Shown: positions 18,182 through 34,860 of the stretch, piece by piece
Layout of the letters: each line of letters opens with the position of its first letter
Numbering within the stretch: position 1 is the first letter of the stretch
DNA from: the human T2T-CHM13v2.0 reference genome, Homo sapiens
DNA: 64,000 nucleotides
NCBI GenBank assembly: GCA_009914755.4
Contig: CP086569.2
Coordinates: 15,808,001 to 15,872,000, forward strand
Reading direction: 5' to 3'
Translations under genes and position numbers: made by a program
Notes under the pieces: model-generated
What the model saw: the letters and a program-made list of their open reading frames with translations, nothing else
What the model was told of the DNA's origin: nothing
Databases searched by the model: none

Positions 18182-18556
18182 TGTGATATGTTTTGGATGT
18201 GTCTCCACCCAAACCTCATCTTGATTTGTATTTCCCATAATCCTCACATGTTGTGGGAGGATCCCAGTGGAAGGTAATTTAACCATGGGTGTCGTTAACC
18301 AAATGCTGCTGTTCTTTTGATAGTGAGTTCTCATGAGATCTGCTGGTTTTATAAGAGGCTTTTCTCCCTTTTGCTCAGGATTCTCCTTCTTGCCGCCATG
18401 TGAGGGATATGTTGCTTTTCCTTCTACCATAATTGTAAGTTTCCTGAGTCCTCTCCAGCCATGGGGAGCTGTGAGTGAATTAAACTTCTTTCCTAAATGA
18501 ATTACCCAGTCTCGGATATGTCTGTATTAGCAGCTTAAAAATGGACTAACGTACCC
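18182..18556 (+). mobile_element. MaLR LTR (THE1/MST-type)
   Basis: Has 'tgtgatatgttttggatgtgtctccacccaaacctcatcttgatttgtatttcccataatcctcacatgttgtgggagg...ctcatgagatctgctggttttataagagg...cttgccgccatgtgag...ccagccatggggagctgtgagtgaattaaacttctttcctaaatgaattacccagtctcggatatgtctgtattagcagc'. Confidence 0.75.
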
Positions 18557-19272
18557 TGTCTATCATCATTCTTGACTAATGCAATGCACAAGTATTGGAT
18601 AACTTGAAATGACTTCAAGGTGTTCAGTATATGAGAAAAATCTGGATTTTCTCACAAGGACTTTCCTTTGCTAGCTGTGTGACACGGTAATTTCCAGGCA
18701 CCTTTGTCTCTATTTGTTCATCAGTAAGTGGAGGGAAATGATTCCTTCCTGTCCTAATTGATGTGTAGTATAAGTGGCATATTTGCATGGTGCCCAGAAC
18801 AGGTGCTGCCTTTTAATTAGTCCCTTATTTTAGTCCCTTGTATTTTTGGTACTTTTTCTTACATTTTAGAAATTGTCTTTGATTGAACTTGAATAATACC
18901 CACTTTACAGACTCCTTTTCCCTTCTCAAAGGGCATATTTCTTCTTCTGCCACAGTGGGATATTTATCTCTAAATAAAACTGCCCTTGTTTTAAACCCCA
19001 TTGTTGGCAATCAGGTCAGATAATGCAAAAAGGGAGTAACGTGTCAAAAAACAAAAAAACAAACAAACTCAATATTATTGTGGTTTTGTTAGTTTATTTC
19101 TTTAAATGAATTTATTCCATTTCATGAAATAATATTTATCAGTTATAATGTCTGTTACCCACAATTGGTAGCCACAATTGGTACCACAATTTTTTTGCAT
19201 GTAATATTAGAGGAAAGAATAGCTCCATCTCTGCCACATAAATATTTCAAATATTTCAAAATAAACAATTAA

Positions 19273-19553
<281 letters not shown>

Positions 19554-21567
19554 AAATCATGTATTTTAATTATGTATTCCTGCAAGGAAATATTCAGATT
19601 TGCCTAAAAACTAATAGTCCTCTTTTTCTTTTATTTTCCTATTCCAGCCCAAAATGTTGAAATTATCTATGAATAAACTTAGACCTAAGCAGTCTCCAAA
19701 AGAATTTATATTGTTTACAATTCAATTCAGCTAATGTTTGAGTAACTATGTTCAAAGCGCTGTGCTATGAGATATGTGGAGAAGAAGCCTACATAGTTCC
19801 TGTCCTTCATAGATTTATTTATAGTGAAGGCAGCATACAAGTGATTAATTAAAATTCATTGCAAAAATAGTACTTCTATGCCAGAGATGGTAAAGGCAAA
19901 GAAGTGATTCATTAAACCTTAGAGGACGTGGTTACACATTTTTAGGGATGAGGCGTTTTGTTTCAAAGTTAAAGGCTAATGAAAATTTTAACAGGCTCAA
20001 AACATGGGAAAGAGATTCTAATCTAAAACAATAGCATGAGGCAAGACATAAAACACCAAAATTAAAAACTCATATACCCAACATGCAATTATGTTTTTTA
20101 TGTGAGGAGGTGCAGAAGCAGAATTGTCAGCATTTGATGGACAGAACAGAGGAAGAACTCTGGCTAGAAAGTTGAGTCTCATTCTTAAAATACCTTCATT
20201 GGCATAAGAAAGTAGCCTTGATTTGCAATAGAGAATACTAACCACTATAATTACAATGACTAGTCACTAACATAATTTGTTTTGGAAAAGAGAAAAGAGG
20301 TATAAAGAGAAAGTAAAGCTAAAGAAGAGATGATAAATATAGAAATAAATTACACATTTTATAAAGAAAAAGCATAGATTTTGTTTTTAAAAACTATACC
20401 TTGATAATTATAATTAAAAATAGTTTAAAAATTCAAAGGAAGAACAGTAAATTGGAATGATGTAGTAAAAAAAGGGAAAATGCATTATAAAGGAATTCAC
20501 AAAAAAATGGAGGACAGAGAAAAAGTAGGCACACTGTCAAGCAGAAGTTTAGATAAATATTAACAAATACGTTATGGGATATATCTGTTTGTGTTTGAAA
20601 AGATAGAGTGGTAACATATGAAGAATTAAAGGAAAATATGACTTCTCTGTGCAAAAATATACACCAAACAATCAGATTCAAATATTTAAAAGGCAATACA
20701 ATAAAAAAATAGCTAAAATAAAGGAAAGTAAAGCCAGCTACCGAACAACAGCAACAAAATAACTAATCATAAAGAAATGGCAAGAAGACTGACAGATTCT
20801 TATCAGCATCAGTAGAACCCATATAAAATAGACTCATATTAAAATGTGTTCTAAAAGGAAACTTTCAACCTGTAAGTGTATGCTCACTTAAACTGTCTTT
20901 CAATAATGGTAAAATAAATAATTTGTGGACATACATAATTGAAATATTCACAAAAGAAACTCAATTTTTCATAAAACCTACCAAAATATATACCTTATAT
21001 AAAAACAACAAAACACAGTAATAGGGAAAAGACCCCAAAATTTGTCAAAATATTTTTTTAAGATGCAAGCCACCGAAACATTTCACTCAAAAACTTCACC
21101 AAAGTTTTTCAGGTAATTTAAAGGACACTAAATGATTCTTGGCAGCAGTGGTGTTAGGGTGATTCTGAGGCTGCCATTTTGTGAGGAAGCCCAAGCCACA
21201 TGTAAAGCCTGTCTGCACGTGATACTTCCATTGATAGCCCGCTTGAGCCTAGTGTTCGATGTGTTTCGGTCCATATGCATGTCATGTAAATGTCTTGATA
21301 TTATTATTATCATGACATTGATTTACATGATATGTAAATAAAGAAGCCTCCCCCAGATTCTGGCTCCCAGCCATCTGAATTACACATAGCTCTTTGAAAC
21401 TTATCAGCTAAACATCCAGACTCCATGGAACAGAGACAAGCTATTCATATACCTTGACTGAATTATAAAAGCCTGGCAAGGGTTAGCATAATAAAGCGGT
21501 TATTGTTCTGTGCCATGCAGTTCTGGAGTAGTTTGTTATGTGGTGATGGAGATCTCAAACCCTACAA

Positions 21568-23607
<2,040 letters not shown>

Positions 23608-23765
23608 TAATAGTCAATATCTGCCATTATAGAGAAGTATGCATATTCATGCCATGAGAGTGCAGGTGATGTCAGTGGAAAATGGAATATTTTATACCGG
23701 TTAGTAAAAGGCTTAAATCCCACTAGATTTAACTTTTTTTAAGTTTACATATAAGCCTTATATAA

Positions 23766-24177
<412 letters not shown>

Positions 24178-24289
24178 CACATAGATTTTTCACCTAAAAC
24201 ATAACCTGCTAAAATAATTTATGCATCAGAGTTCTCCAGAGAATCAGAACCAATAGGTTAAATAAAAATATTTTTAATCAAGCATTGAC

Positions 24290-24760
24290 TCGTGGAATTA
24301 CAGAGGGCAAGAAATCCTATGATCTGCTGCTGTCTGCAAGCTGGAGACTCAGGAATGCCAGAGGCATAGTTTGAAGCCTCAGAGTCAGAGATAATGCTGT
24401 AGATTCCAGTCAGAGTCTGATGATCTTTGAACCAGGAGCTTGAAGGCCAGGAGAAGATCTATTTCCTGGATCAAGCTCCCAGGCAGAGGGAGAGCAAACC
24501 TAATCTTCCTCTGTGGTTGTTGTTTTATTCAGGCTTCCAGTGGATTGCATGATGCACCCTCACCTTGGATCAGGCTATCTGCCTTACCTGAATCCAAATG
24601 CTCTTCTTGAAACCATTTCTTGAATGCTTGAAACTCTTCTTGAAACATCCTCCAAGGCATATTGAGACATGTTTAATCAAATATAAGGCCATCCCACTAA
24701 CCAATCAATTTAATATGCAAAATTAACCATCACAGATGATTCCATTACCAAGCAGTGCTT
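24290..24760. repeat. Ancient LTR-like interspersed repeat (ERVL/MaLR-type?), family uncertain
   Basis: '...aatcttcctctgtggttgttgttttattcaggcttccagtggattgcatgatgcaccctcaccttggatcagg...aatccaaatgctcttcttgaaa...aattaaccatcacagatg' resembles an old LTR consensus from memory. A similar element lies at 33650-34260. Confidence 0.25.
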
Positions 24761-25591
24761 TAAGAGGTTTCTATTAGTCCTAAATACTGGTTCTGTACAA
24801 AAATAAAATTAAAAAAATTAAATAGCAAAAAGGCACTGTTAACACTGGCATGAATAAACGAAGAGAAAAAGGTGAAACAGAATAGATTATATCAAAGACA
24901 TTTTTGAAACTGCCATGAAGCATTTTTTTTTTTTTAAATCAAGCATTGCTTAAAACATTCAAGACATGAGAAATGCATACTGGTGGAAGATAGTTGTTTC
25001 TTTTTTTTTTTTTCTTTTTCTTGCAATGGAGTCTGTGGCAGAGCAGGAGGGCTGTCATCTTGTACAAACACCACCACTTTAAGTTCCAGCTTCCTTTTTA
25101 GACTCATGCATTTCAAGGAAATCATTTCTCTTCTAACTACAAGCAGGCAGAAAGAGCAGACAGTAAAACATAGATACGACAGCTCAGGCATAGAGGGAGG
25201 TGGGGTAAAAGTCTCTTAAGTAACTGCCAAACTTCACCCTCATACAATGGGCCCCAGTAAAACAGTAGGCCTTAATAAGCACATTCCCTTACCTTGAGCT
25301 GCACTAAGATAGGGAAGCTAAAAGCACACTCGTGGGGTATGCTTGCAGCTGCAGGAAGATCTGTGGGAAGAGACACACAGCTCTCCCTCCCAGATAAGAA
25401 CAACAAAGAGACAGAGAAGCAGTCCAAGCCTCTGATAAATGCTCCCATCTGGAATTCTTAAAAGCTCTAAGTCTCTAAGAGAGTGTGCCTCTGACCTAAC
25501 TTGGCGAGAAGGCTCCTCTCAAGTTTGTTTTCTCTAAAATAAACCTGTCTTCACTGGTGAGCCACCTTGCATGTTTCTTTCCTCTTTCTTT

Positions 25592-25807
25592 AATTCTTTT
25601 TTATTTGTTATTATACTATAAGTTTTAGGGTACATGTGCACAATGTGCAGTTTAGTTACATATGTATAGATGTGCCATGTTGGTGTGCTGTACCAATTAA
25701 CTTGTCATTTAATATTAGGTATATCTCCTAATGCTATCCCTCCCTGCTCCCCCGACCCCATAACAGGCCCCAGTGTGTGATGTTCCCCTTCCTGTGTCCA
25801 TGTGTTC
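25592..25807 (-). mobile_element. L1PA extreme 3'-end fragment (~200 bp) abutted by an Alu
   Basis: Has 'ttattatactataagttttagggtacatgtgcacaatgtgcagtttagttacatatgtatagatgtgccatgttggtgtgctgtaccaattaacttgtcatttaatattaggtatatctcctaatgctatccctccc...ccagtgtgtgatgttccccttcctgtgtccatgtgt'. Confidence 0.8.
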
Positions 25808-26069
25808 CACCCAGGCTGGAGTGCAGTGGCATGATTTTGGCTCACCACAACCTTTTCCTCCTGGGTTCAAGGGATTCTCCTGCTTCAGCCTCTGGAGGAG
25901 CTGGGAGTACAGGTGCACAATAACACATCTGGCTAATTTTTGTATTCTTAGTAAAGACAAGGTTTCACTATATTGCTCAGGCTGGTCTTGAATGCCTAGC
26001 CTCAAATGATCAGCCTGCCTTGGTCTCTGAAAGTGTTGGGTTTACAGGTGTGAGACACCACACCTGGCC
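25808..26069 (-). mobile_element. Alu SINE (minus), tail-truncated
   Basis: Has 'ccacccaggctggagtgcagtggcatgattttggctcaccacaacc...gtgttgggtttacaggtgtgagacaccacacctggcc'. Confidence 0.9.
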
Positions 26070-28384
26070 TGCTAGTTATTTCTTAATACTCCCTTTGCAG
26101 AATGCGTCTTTCATGGGGTTATCCGTATTCTGTTTACTATTACATTTCATTTTATTTCTTTTGTTTGTTTTGCCTTTAAAAACTTAGAATCTCCAAGATG
26201 GTAATGTGACCCCTGTTTACAAATTCACATGTGAAGTTTACAACTTCACATTAAATTTGTGTTCTGACTTGGGATAACGTCTTAATTACCAAATATCTGT
26301 GACTCTAAGCAGCTCATTTTTCTTCACATGTTAATCTGATAATGCATTTTCTAAAAAGTTAATTGTGTTAGTTTTTTTTACATTTGTGCAATGATTTGTC
26401 ACAAACTTAACAGCTACAGCACCATGTAATGATTTATCAAAAACTTAACAGCTTGCAACAGCACACATTGATCATCTCACAATTTCTGTTGTTCAGTCAT
26501 CTTACCAAACTCACTTGTATCCTCTGCTCTGAGTCAAAAAAAGCAGAAATCAAGGAGTCAATCAAGGCTATGGTCTCCTTGAGGTTAGGGAGTCCTCTTT
26601 CAAATTTATTTATTGAAAGAATATATTATATTTTCTTGCAGCTATGTAACTCACACTGTCCTGATTGTTTAAAATCAGCAATTGACAGCCATTCTTCAGG
26701 AGGGATTCTTCTTTTAAGAGATGTTACCTGATTGAATCAGATTTCATTTATCTACCAAATGGATATTAGAAGAATAACAGCCATTAAATGAACTAAACCT
26801 AAACTGATTTGCAAATTAGCTCGCCCCCTTTGAGATATTCTATTAGTGAGGAGTTGGTCACAGGTTCTGCTTGCACTAGGTGGAGAGAATTATACAAAAA
26901 AGTAACCCTTTTGGGGTTCTGTCAGGGTGTGCCCATCAATATGCATTGTCTTCTTCATAATCTTTTAAAAAAACATTCCGAGAAAGAAAAATCTTTCAAT
27001 CTTCAGTAGGCAGAGAATGGCACTTTCTATTACAGACTCTTGGATTCAGCCCATTCTTTATCACTTGTGGAAGACAACTTTCCATGGAGATTTTCTCCCT
27101 CTGTTTCGAATTTATTGTTTAAACGGAAAATAAATTTTTTTATGGTTTGATTACCAATTTTGTATCTTATCATTCATTTATAAAAAATAAGATTCCCAGT
27201 AATAATTTAATAGCTTTGATTTTGGAAGTACTTTTTACTTGTGTGTGCTAGTGGGGGTGTTAGATTGTGTCACGGAGGAAGACTTTTGAACTTACTAAGG
27301 CTTTAATCTTTCTAAATCTCATTTTTCTCAGTCATAACAGTGGAATAATGCTCACGAGTACAGTGTGAGTGCATATAAGCTAGTCTTATGTAAACATTTT
27401 TGTAACAATTAAATAATTTTGTAACAATTAAATAATTTTATAACAATCATAAAAAATGTGTAACACATCATGAAAACATTTTTGTATAGTTAAGTATACC
27501 ATAATATTGATGTTACTACTAAGGATAACAGAAATAGTGAGATCATCAAATCAAAGTAACAAAACTCTAGAACTTACCCAGTTTTATTAGTAATTTAAAG
27601 TACACAGATAATTATGAAGTACAGTTAAAATTGGAGATGGTATGGGACATTCATCACTGGTCCCAAAGTAATTCTTTGTCACACCAACATATGTACATAT
27701 GCTGGATATATGTACATCCCAGTACATATCCACTGACTGGATATATTTCTGTCTTTAGTGCATAAAGTTACATTATTAATATGGAAGGGAGCAACTTTGG
27801 GTGTAAAATTTTTCTAATGTCTACTCATCTAATTACATAAAAGTTTTCACGGTGCCATTTTCTATAATTTCATAAAGTCCAGGTCTGCTTATCAGAAGTG
27901 ATTCTAGCCAGGCTTCTTACATCCAACCAAGAGCATTCCACATTTAATGACTCTTCCTCTGGCAAAAAAATAGTAAGTGTCCAGGAGGTTTCTCCCTGAC
28001 ATGTTTTCAAGGGGATTTGACCAGTTTACTTCTCTTCTTCCTTTACCAGGGGCTTCTATCTTCCCCATAAAAGGGAAGTATGAATTGCAGAGCTGTTATT
28101 TCACACCTTTCTTCCCTCTGTTGATAATGAGCAGTCAGACACAGTGGTTTTCACTTGGTGTTTCCCAAAGCCTTGGATGATAGTACATAGAAGTTTCTTC
28201 AGCAGCAAATGTTGAGAAAATCCACCTGTGTAGAGACAATGTTGGCTTCCCTAACCTTTTCCTCAACTAAGTCATTTTTTTCTATATTCTGTACAAATTA
28301 GACTCCTGCCCATGATTCTACCAGAACCAAGGATTTTGTAGCTCAAAAAGTTATGTTTGTACCAATGTTAAAAGAACATAATAA

Positions 28385-28750
28385 TTGATATGGTTTGGCT
28401 GTGTCCCAACCTAAATCATAATTTGAATTGTAGCTTCCATAATCGCCATGTGTCATGGGCGGGACCTGGTGGAAGGTAATTAAATCATGGGGGTGGGTTT
28501 TTCCCATGCTGCTTTCATGATAGTGAATAAATCTCATGAGATCTGATGGTTTTATAAAGGCAGTTCCCCTGCACACACTCTCTTTCCTGCCACCATGTAA
28601 CATGTGTCTTTGCTTCTCCTTCACCTTACACCATGATTGTGAGCCGTCCCCCACCATGTGGAAGAGTGAAAAGAAAAACTTCTTTTTCTTTATAAATTAC
28701 CCGGTCTCAGGTATGTCCTTATCCCAGCGTGAGAATGCACTAGAGAATAA
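28385..28750 (+). mobile_element. MaLR LTR (THE1-type)
   Basis: Has 'tgatatggtttggctgtgtcccaacctaaatcataatttgaattgtagcttccataatcgccatgtgtcatgggcgggacctggtggaaggtaattaaatcatggggg...ctcatgagatctgatggttttataaagg...ttataaattacccggtctcaggtatgtcc'. Confidence 0.8.
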
Positions 28751-29289
28751 TTTTTTTTATCCTGTAACAAAGAAAATGTAGGCATAAAAGGCAGTCATGG
28801 ATTAAGGATAATTTTTGAGGATTATAGAAAGGAGAAACATTGTTCTCAACTGGGAGGCTTTCCTTTTTCACATTTCTCTGCTCTTCTACTGAATTCTATA
28901 AATATTAAATTTATTTCAATGCTCAGCTTAGCATGTTTTCCCACTGAGTCATAATAGGCACTGATATAGTGCTTTCTCTCTCCTCTGAACAAAAAGACAT
29001 ACTGTTTTTTCTACTATTTTGGTAGTTATTTTCCTACTATATCATGAGAACTTTTTTCTCATACTGATATTTTCGTTCACCTTTTCCTGTTTCCTCTCAG
29101 GAAAGTAGCATAGAAAGCATACATTTCTCTCAAAAGTAGTAATTCCCATGAGGGCAGAGATTACATTTTAGCATGCATCATTTATTTCCAAAGTAGTTCA
29201 TTAAGGACATATTAGACTCATAAAGGGTGACTTTAATAGTTTCATATGTTGCTATGCTATTTTGAATGAATGTGCCCCTACTTGGCTAC

Positions 29290-30040
29290 ATAGCTTTCTT
29301 ATTGGCATATACTATTTGTACATATTTATGGGGCACAAGTGGTATTTTGTTCCATGCATAGAATGTGTAATGATCAAATCAGGGTATATGGGGTATCCAT
29401 AACCTTAAACGTTTATTATTTCTTTGCGTTGGGAATATTTCAAATCTCTTCTAGTTATTTGAAATATGGACTAGAATTGTTGCTAACTATAGTCACCCTG
29501 CTGTGCTAAAGAACATTAGCACATATTCCTTCTATCTAACTGTGCGTTTGTGCCCATTCACCAGTCTCTCTTCATCCCTCACCATTCCCAGCCTCTGGTA
29601 ATCTTCATTCTACTCTCTACTTCCATGAGGTCAACTTTCCTCAGCTCCCACATATGAATGAGAATATGCAATATTTGTCTTTCTGTGCCTGGCTTATTTT
29701 CTTTAACATAATGGATGTTCCATCCATCATTCTGCAAATGACAATATTTCTTTCTTTTAAAAAGCTGAGTAGCATTCTGTTGAGAATATATACCACATTT
29801 TCCTTATCCATTTATCTGTTGGTGGACTCTTATGCTGATTCGATAACTTTATTATTGTGAATAGTGCTGCCATAAACATGCGAGTGCAGGTATCCCTTGA
29901 TATACTGACTTCTTTTTCTTTGAATAAATACCCAGTAGTGGATTTGCTGGACTATATGGTAGTTCTATTTTCAGTTTTTTGAGAAAACTCCATGATGCTT
30001 TCCTTAATGGCTGTAGTATCTGCTAGTACATTGATAAAGA
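29290..30040 (+). mobile_element. Old L1 (L1M/L1P) 3'-region fragment
   Basis: Has 'ctaactatagtcaccctgctgtgc...cccagcctctggtaatcttcattctactctctacttccatgaggtcaac...atatgaatgagaatatgcaatatttgtctttctgtgcctggcttattt...ccatccatcattctgcaaatgacaatatttc...attgtgaatagtgctgccataaacatgcgagtgcag'. Confidence 0.6.
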
Positions 30041-30629
30041 GCATATAATTTGTGGCAAGAATTTGCTTATTTTAGCATCAATTTCTATCATAAATTGTTT
30101 AGGCCAAAACAGAAATGATGTAAAAAATACATATATCTTGTTTCCATTCTCCCACAAATGGTGAAAACATATTTATTTCAGGAGAATGAAACAAATAGAA
30201 ACAAAACCACTACATATTTATTCATAGACAGTCCACAGTATATTACTTTGTCCATAGTTATGAAAAACATTGGAATGGTCAGTGAGATGCAACTTAGCCA
30301 GCAAGCATTTGAAACACAGTAAAACATTTGAAAATGTGTCTAATGTATATCCCAGGAGCATTTTACCAATGCATATAAATGAATTTAGATACCAGACTCC
30401 GCTTACATTCCTTTTTTTTTATGATTACCCTCCTCAGTTCTGGTTAACATTGAACTAACTTACCTGAAAGGTAAAGATCTTACCTGGAATAGTTGTTGAA
30501 GATGCTGCAGTGTTAACCCTGGTTTTCAGCAACAGGTGACGCTCTCTTTCATCAACTTCATTCCCTGATGGCATGAATTCTGCTGCCTTTTTCTTCTTGA
30601 CAGGCTGTGTTAAAATATTTTTAAGATTT

Positions 30630-31700
30630 ATTTCATTTTAGTATTATTTATTTACTTATTTCAATAGCCTTTGGGGTACACATGGTTTTTGGTTAGATGG
30701 ATGAAGTATATAGCGGTGAAGTCTGAGATTTTAGTGTACCTGTCACCTAAATAGTGTACATTGTACCTGGTATGTACTTTTTTATCCTTCACTCCCCTCT
30801 CTTTTTTTAATTATGGTCTTTATTTTGTCAATTGAGCCTGGAAACTGATTTCGTGTCACACACACCTTCATTTGAACTTCTAAACTCTCTCATCTCCTAG
30901 GCACTGAAGTAATTCATAATGTTGATGGAAAAGGATGATGATGTTTAATTATTATCCACAGGAATAACTTAACTGAACTCACAATCTCCAATAGAGTTTC
31001 TACTTTGTTATTTTTTCAGGGGTGGAGTGATATTTTTCTTTCTATCTGTTTATTTTCTTCCAACTTTTATTTTAGATTTAGGGTTACGTGTGCAGTTTTG
31101 TTATATGGGTAAACTGGGTGTCAGAGGAATTTGGTGTACAAATTATTTCTCCAGGCAGGTAATTAGCATAGTATTCAATGAGTGGTTCTTCAACCTTCTC
31201 CCTTGTCCCACCTCCCACTCTCAAGTAGGCTCCAGAACCTATTGTTTTCTTTTTTTTGTTTCCATGTGTGCGCAATGTTTAGCCCTCACTTATAAGTAAA
31301 AATGTGGCATTTCATTTTCTGTTTCTGTGTTAGTTTGCTTAGGATAATGGTCTCCAGTTGCATCTGTGTTGCTGCAAAGAAAATGGTTTCATTCTTTTTT
31401 TATGGTTGCATAGTATTCTATGATGCATATGTACCACATTTTCTTTATCCAGGCTTCCATTGATGGGCATCTAAGTTGATTCAATGTCCTTTCTATGGTG
31501 AGTTGTGCTGCAATGAATGAACATACTCGTATGTCTTTTTCATACAATGATTTATGTTACTTTGGGTATATACCCAGTAATGGGATTGCTGGGTCAAACG
31601 ATAATTCTTTTTTAAGTCCTTTGAGAAATCCCCAAACTGCTTTCCACAGTGGCTGCTGGTGGGAATGTAAACTACTTCAGCTATTACATTCTTTATAAAT
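30630..31700 (-). mobile_element. Two old L1P-type 3'-end fragments (30630-30800 and 31033-31700)
   Basis: Reverse-complement L1 3' ends: 'tttggggtacacatggtttttggttagatggatgaagtatatagcggtgaagtctgagattttag...' and 'ttagatttagggttacgtgtgcagttttgttatatgggtaaactgggtgtcagaggaatttggtgtacaaatta...tagccctcacttataagtaaaaatgtggcatttcattttctgtttctgtgttagtttgcttaggataatggtctccag...gggtatatacccagtaatgggattgctgggtcaaacg'. Confidence 0.6.
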
Positions 31701-32569
31701 TTTTATATTTTGTCTGCAAATAACTCATAAATCTTTAAATAAATTGTTCATTGTTTCCCTTTCCAACTCATCTGTAATTTTCATGAAACGGAAAAAAATA
31801 AGTTTCTTCATTATTTCACTGCTTTAAATTAGACTAATTCTGCCTCTGCTTCTGAGAGCAGGATTCAGGCCAAAATCAGCTTGGTTGAGCACCTCAGAAC
31901 ATCTACGTGTCTCTGGGCAAATACTGTGGCTAACTACACCTGGAATAGACCCAGCTGTACCCTGGAAAGGGCAGTAATATGAGAACAGAAGACAGAGACA
32001 ACTAATTTATGTCCTTCAAAATGTCATAATCAGTAATCAATTAGTTATTCACAAAGGTCAATAAAATTGATAAGCTACTAGTGAGACAAGCCAAAAAAAT
32101 TGAAAGCATACACTATTAATCAGAAGAAAGAGGAAGAAAGGAAAGAGGTGCCACCACTACTGATCTCATGGACATTAAATGAAAATAAGAAAAAGATTAT
32201 ATTATGAACAATTCTATGCCCACATATTTCATGATTTAGATCAGGAGTCTCTATCCCTGGGGCCATGGACTAGTACAGGTCGGTGGCTTGCTAGAAGCTA
32301 GGCAGAAGGAGGTGAATGGCAGGCAAATGAGGAGGTAAATGGCAGGCAAATGATCAGAGCTTCCTCTGTATTTATAGCCACTCCCTATCACTGGCATTGC
32401 TGCCTGAACTCCATCTTCTTTCAGATCATCAGCAGCATTAGATTCTCATAGGAGAACAAACCCAATTGTGAACTGTGCATGGGAGGGTTCTAGGTTGCAC
32501 TCTCCTTGTATGAATCTAATGCCTGATGATCTGCCACTGTCTCCCATCACACATCACCACACTCATATG

Positions 32570-32900
32570 TTTTATATATATATATAAAATATGTAAACTC
32601 CATATATATGGGGTTATATATATAAGTGTATATACATATATAAAACTGGTATGGGAGTGTATATATATGAGTATGTGTATATGGTGTATATAATTTCCGA
32701 ATTCTTATTGGTGAATTGTCATGGGCCATATATAGAGAGAGAGACAGATGATAGATATCATATCTGTATCACATATATACATATGTCAAAATTTTCATAT
32801 AGATATAAATCTTCATATATATGCTTTTATATATCTTACTGGTTCTATGATACAGGTTTAGACATATATCATATAAGGGAGTTGTATCATATATCATATA
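32570..32900. repeat. AT-rich (TATATG/TATACA)n-like minisatellite
   Basis: Has 'tatatatatatataaaatatgtaaactccatatatatggggttatatatataagtgtatatacatatataaaactgg...'. It yields tyrosine/isoleucine-rich pseudo-ORFs (32547..33013). Confidence 0.8.
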
Positions 32901-33227
32901 AAGGGAATTGTACCTTGGTATCTGTGGGAGATTGGTTTGAGGATATTTCAAGGATATTAAAATCAATGTCTACAAAAATCCGTCCTATAAAATGGTGTCA
33001 TATTTGCATGTAACCTACACACATTCTCCTACATACTTTAAATCATCTCTATATTACTTGTAATACTCAATACAATGCAAATGCTGTGCAAGCAAGCATT
33101 GTACTACAATTTTAAAATGTATTATTGTTTTAATAGTTGTACCGCAATTATTTATTTTTGAAAATAGTTTTAAAATATGGTTGATTGAACCCATGCATGT
33201 GGAACCCACAGATATAGAGGTCCTACT

Positions 33228-33545
33228 GTATTTGTTTTGTTTGTTTTTTGTAACAGAACCTCACTCTGTTGCCCAGGCTGGATGCAGTGCCATGATCTCA
33301 GCTTATGGAAACCTCTACCCCCAAGGTGCAAGTGATTCTCATGCCTCAGCCTCCTGAGTAGCTGGGATTATAGACACACACCACTATGCCCAGCTAGTTT
33401 TTTTTTTTTTTTTTTTTTTTTTAAGTAGAGATGAGGTTTCACCATGATGGCCAGGCTAGTCTCAAACTTCTGGTCTTAATTGATATACTCCTGTCTCGGC
33501 CTCCCAAAATGTTGGGATTACAGATATGAGCCACTGCACCAGGCC
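33228..33545 (-). mobile_element. Alu SINE (minus) with long internal poly(T)
   Basis: Has 'aacagaacctcactctgttgcccaggctggatgcagtgccatgatctcagc...gcctcagcctcctgagtagctgggattatagacacacaccactatgcccagctagttttttttt...gtagagatgaggtttcaccatgatggccaggctagtctcaaac...cctcccaaaatgttgggattacagatatgagccactgcaccaggcc'. Confidence 0.9.
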
Positions 33546-33589
33546 AATGTCCAACTATTTTTGATATACAAGTAGATTATATCTCTATC

Positions 33590-33640
33590 TACTTATCTAT
33601 CTATCATCTATCTATCTATCCATAGATTTATTATGAGAAA
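33590..33640. repeat. (TCTA)n microsatellite
   Basis: tctatctacttatctatctatcatctatctatctatccatag. Confidence 0.85.
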
Positions 33641-34508
33641 TTGGGTCACAAAATTATGAGCTGAGAAGTCCCATGATCTACCTTCCACAAGCTAGACATT
33701 CAAGAAAAGTCTCTTGTATAATCTGATCCAAGACTAAAGATGAGAACATCTATGAGAATCAAGTGAAATCCTAGGCCAAGGGCAGAAGCAGCCTCATGTC
33801 CCAGCTCAGGCAGGTAGTCAGGAAGCAAAAAGAGAAAACTCTTCTTTCCCTCTGCCTTTTTGTTTTACTGCGAACCTCAACAGACTTGCTGTTACCCACC
33901 CACACTGGGGAAGGTCATCTACATTATCAGTTCCACTGAGGCAAATGCCAATCTCATCCAGAAACACCCTCACTGACACACCCACAATCATGGGCAAGAT
34001 GTCCCTTGGTTTGTGGCCAAGTCTTCCCTGTCTCTCCTTCCTTCTCCATGTAGCCTTTCCTGTGTCAGCGTCTCCTCTTTTGTATCATCTTTTGACACCT
34101 GTCCTTGGATTTAGAGCCCACCTACATAATCCAGGTTAATCTCATCTTCAGATCTTCACCATAATGGCATCTTCAAAGGTGTGTTTCTCAAATAAGCTCA
34201 CATTCACAGGCTCCTGAGATTATGATAGGGACACACATTTTGGGAGACATCAGTCAGTCTACTGCAGCCTTCAACAATGCTACCTTTTTTTAAAATATGT
34301 TCTTATTTTCTGTGTGTGCTCCATCCACTGAACTGATGATACAAATATTATGAACAGCTTTTGGCCCTCAAATAAAGTAGCTTTATGTACTGTTATGCCT
34401 AGTGGTACCCTAGAATCTGTTATCTAATTTATATCTTTACTGTTAGTATCTGCATATGATGTATTGCATTAGATTGCTGCAGAGACATTTACTTTCCCCT
34501 GCAAATAA

Positions 34509-34860
<352 letters not shown>

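Noticed and set aside
17806-18219. Proline/serine/leucine-rich minus-strand ORFs (137, 97, 91 aa)
   Set aside because: These are translations of the complementary strand of a (GGAA)n-like purine tract. Three overlapping frames are all open, which is a hallmark of a simple repeat.
18146-18430. ORFs inside MaLR LTRs (18146..18430, 28343..28657, 42418..42624), all containing 'HGDYGSYNSNYD'-like peptides
   Set aside because: These are recurrent chance ORFs in THE1/MST LTR consensus. The same peptide recurs at three LTR copies, so it is repeat-derived, not a gene family.
32547-33013. Y/I-rich ORFs ('MGVYIYEYVYMVYIISEF...')
   Set aside because: These are translations of the (TATATG)n-like AT-rich minisatellite.
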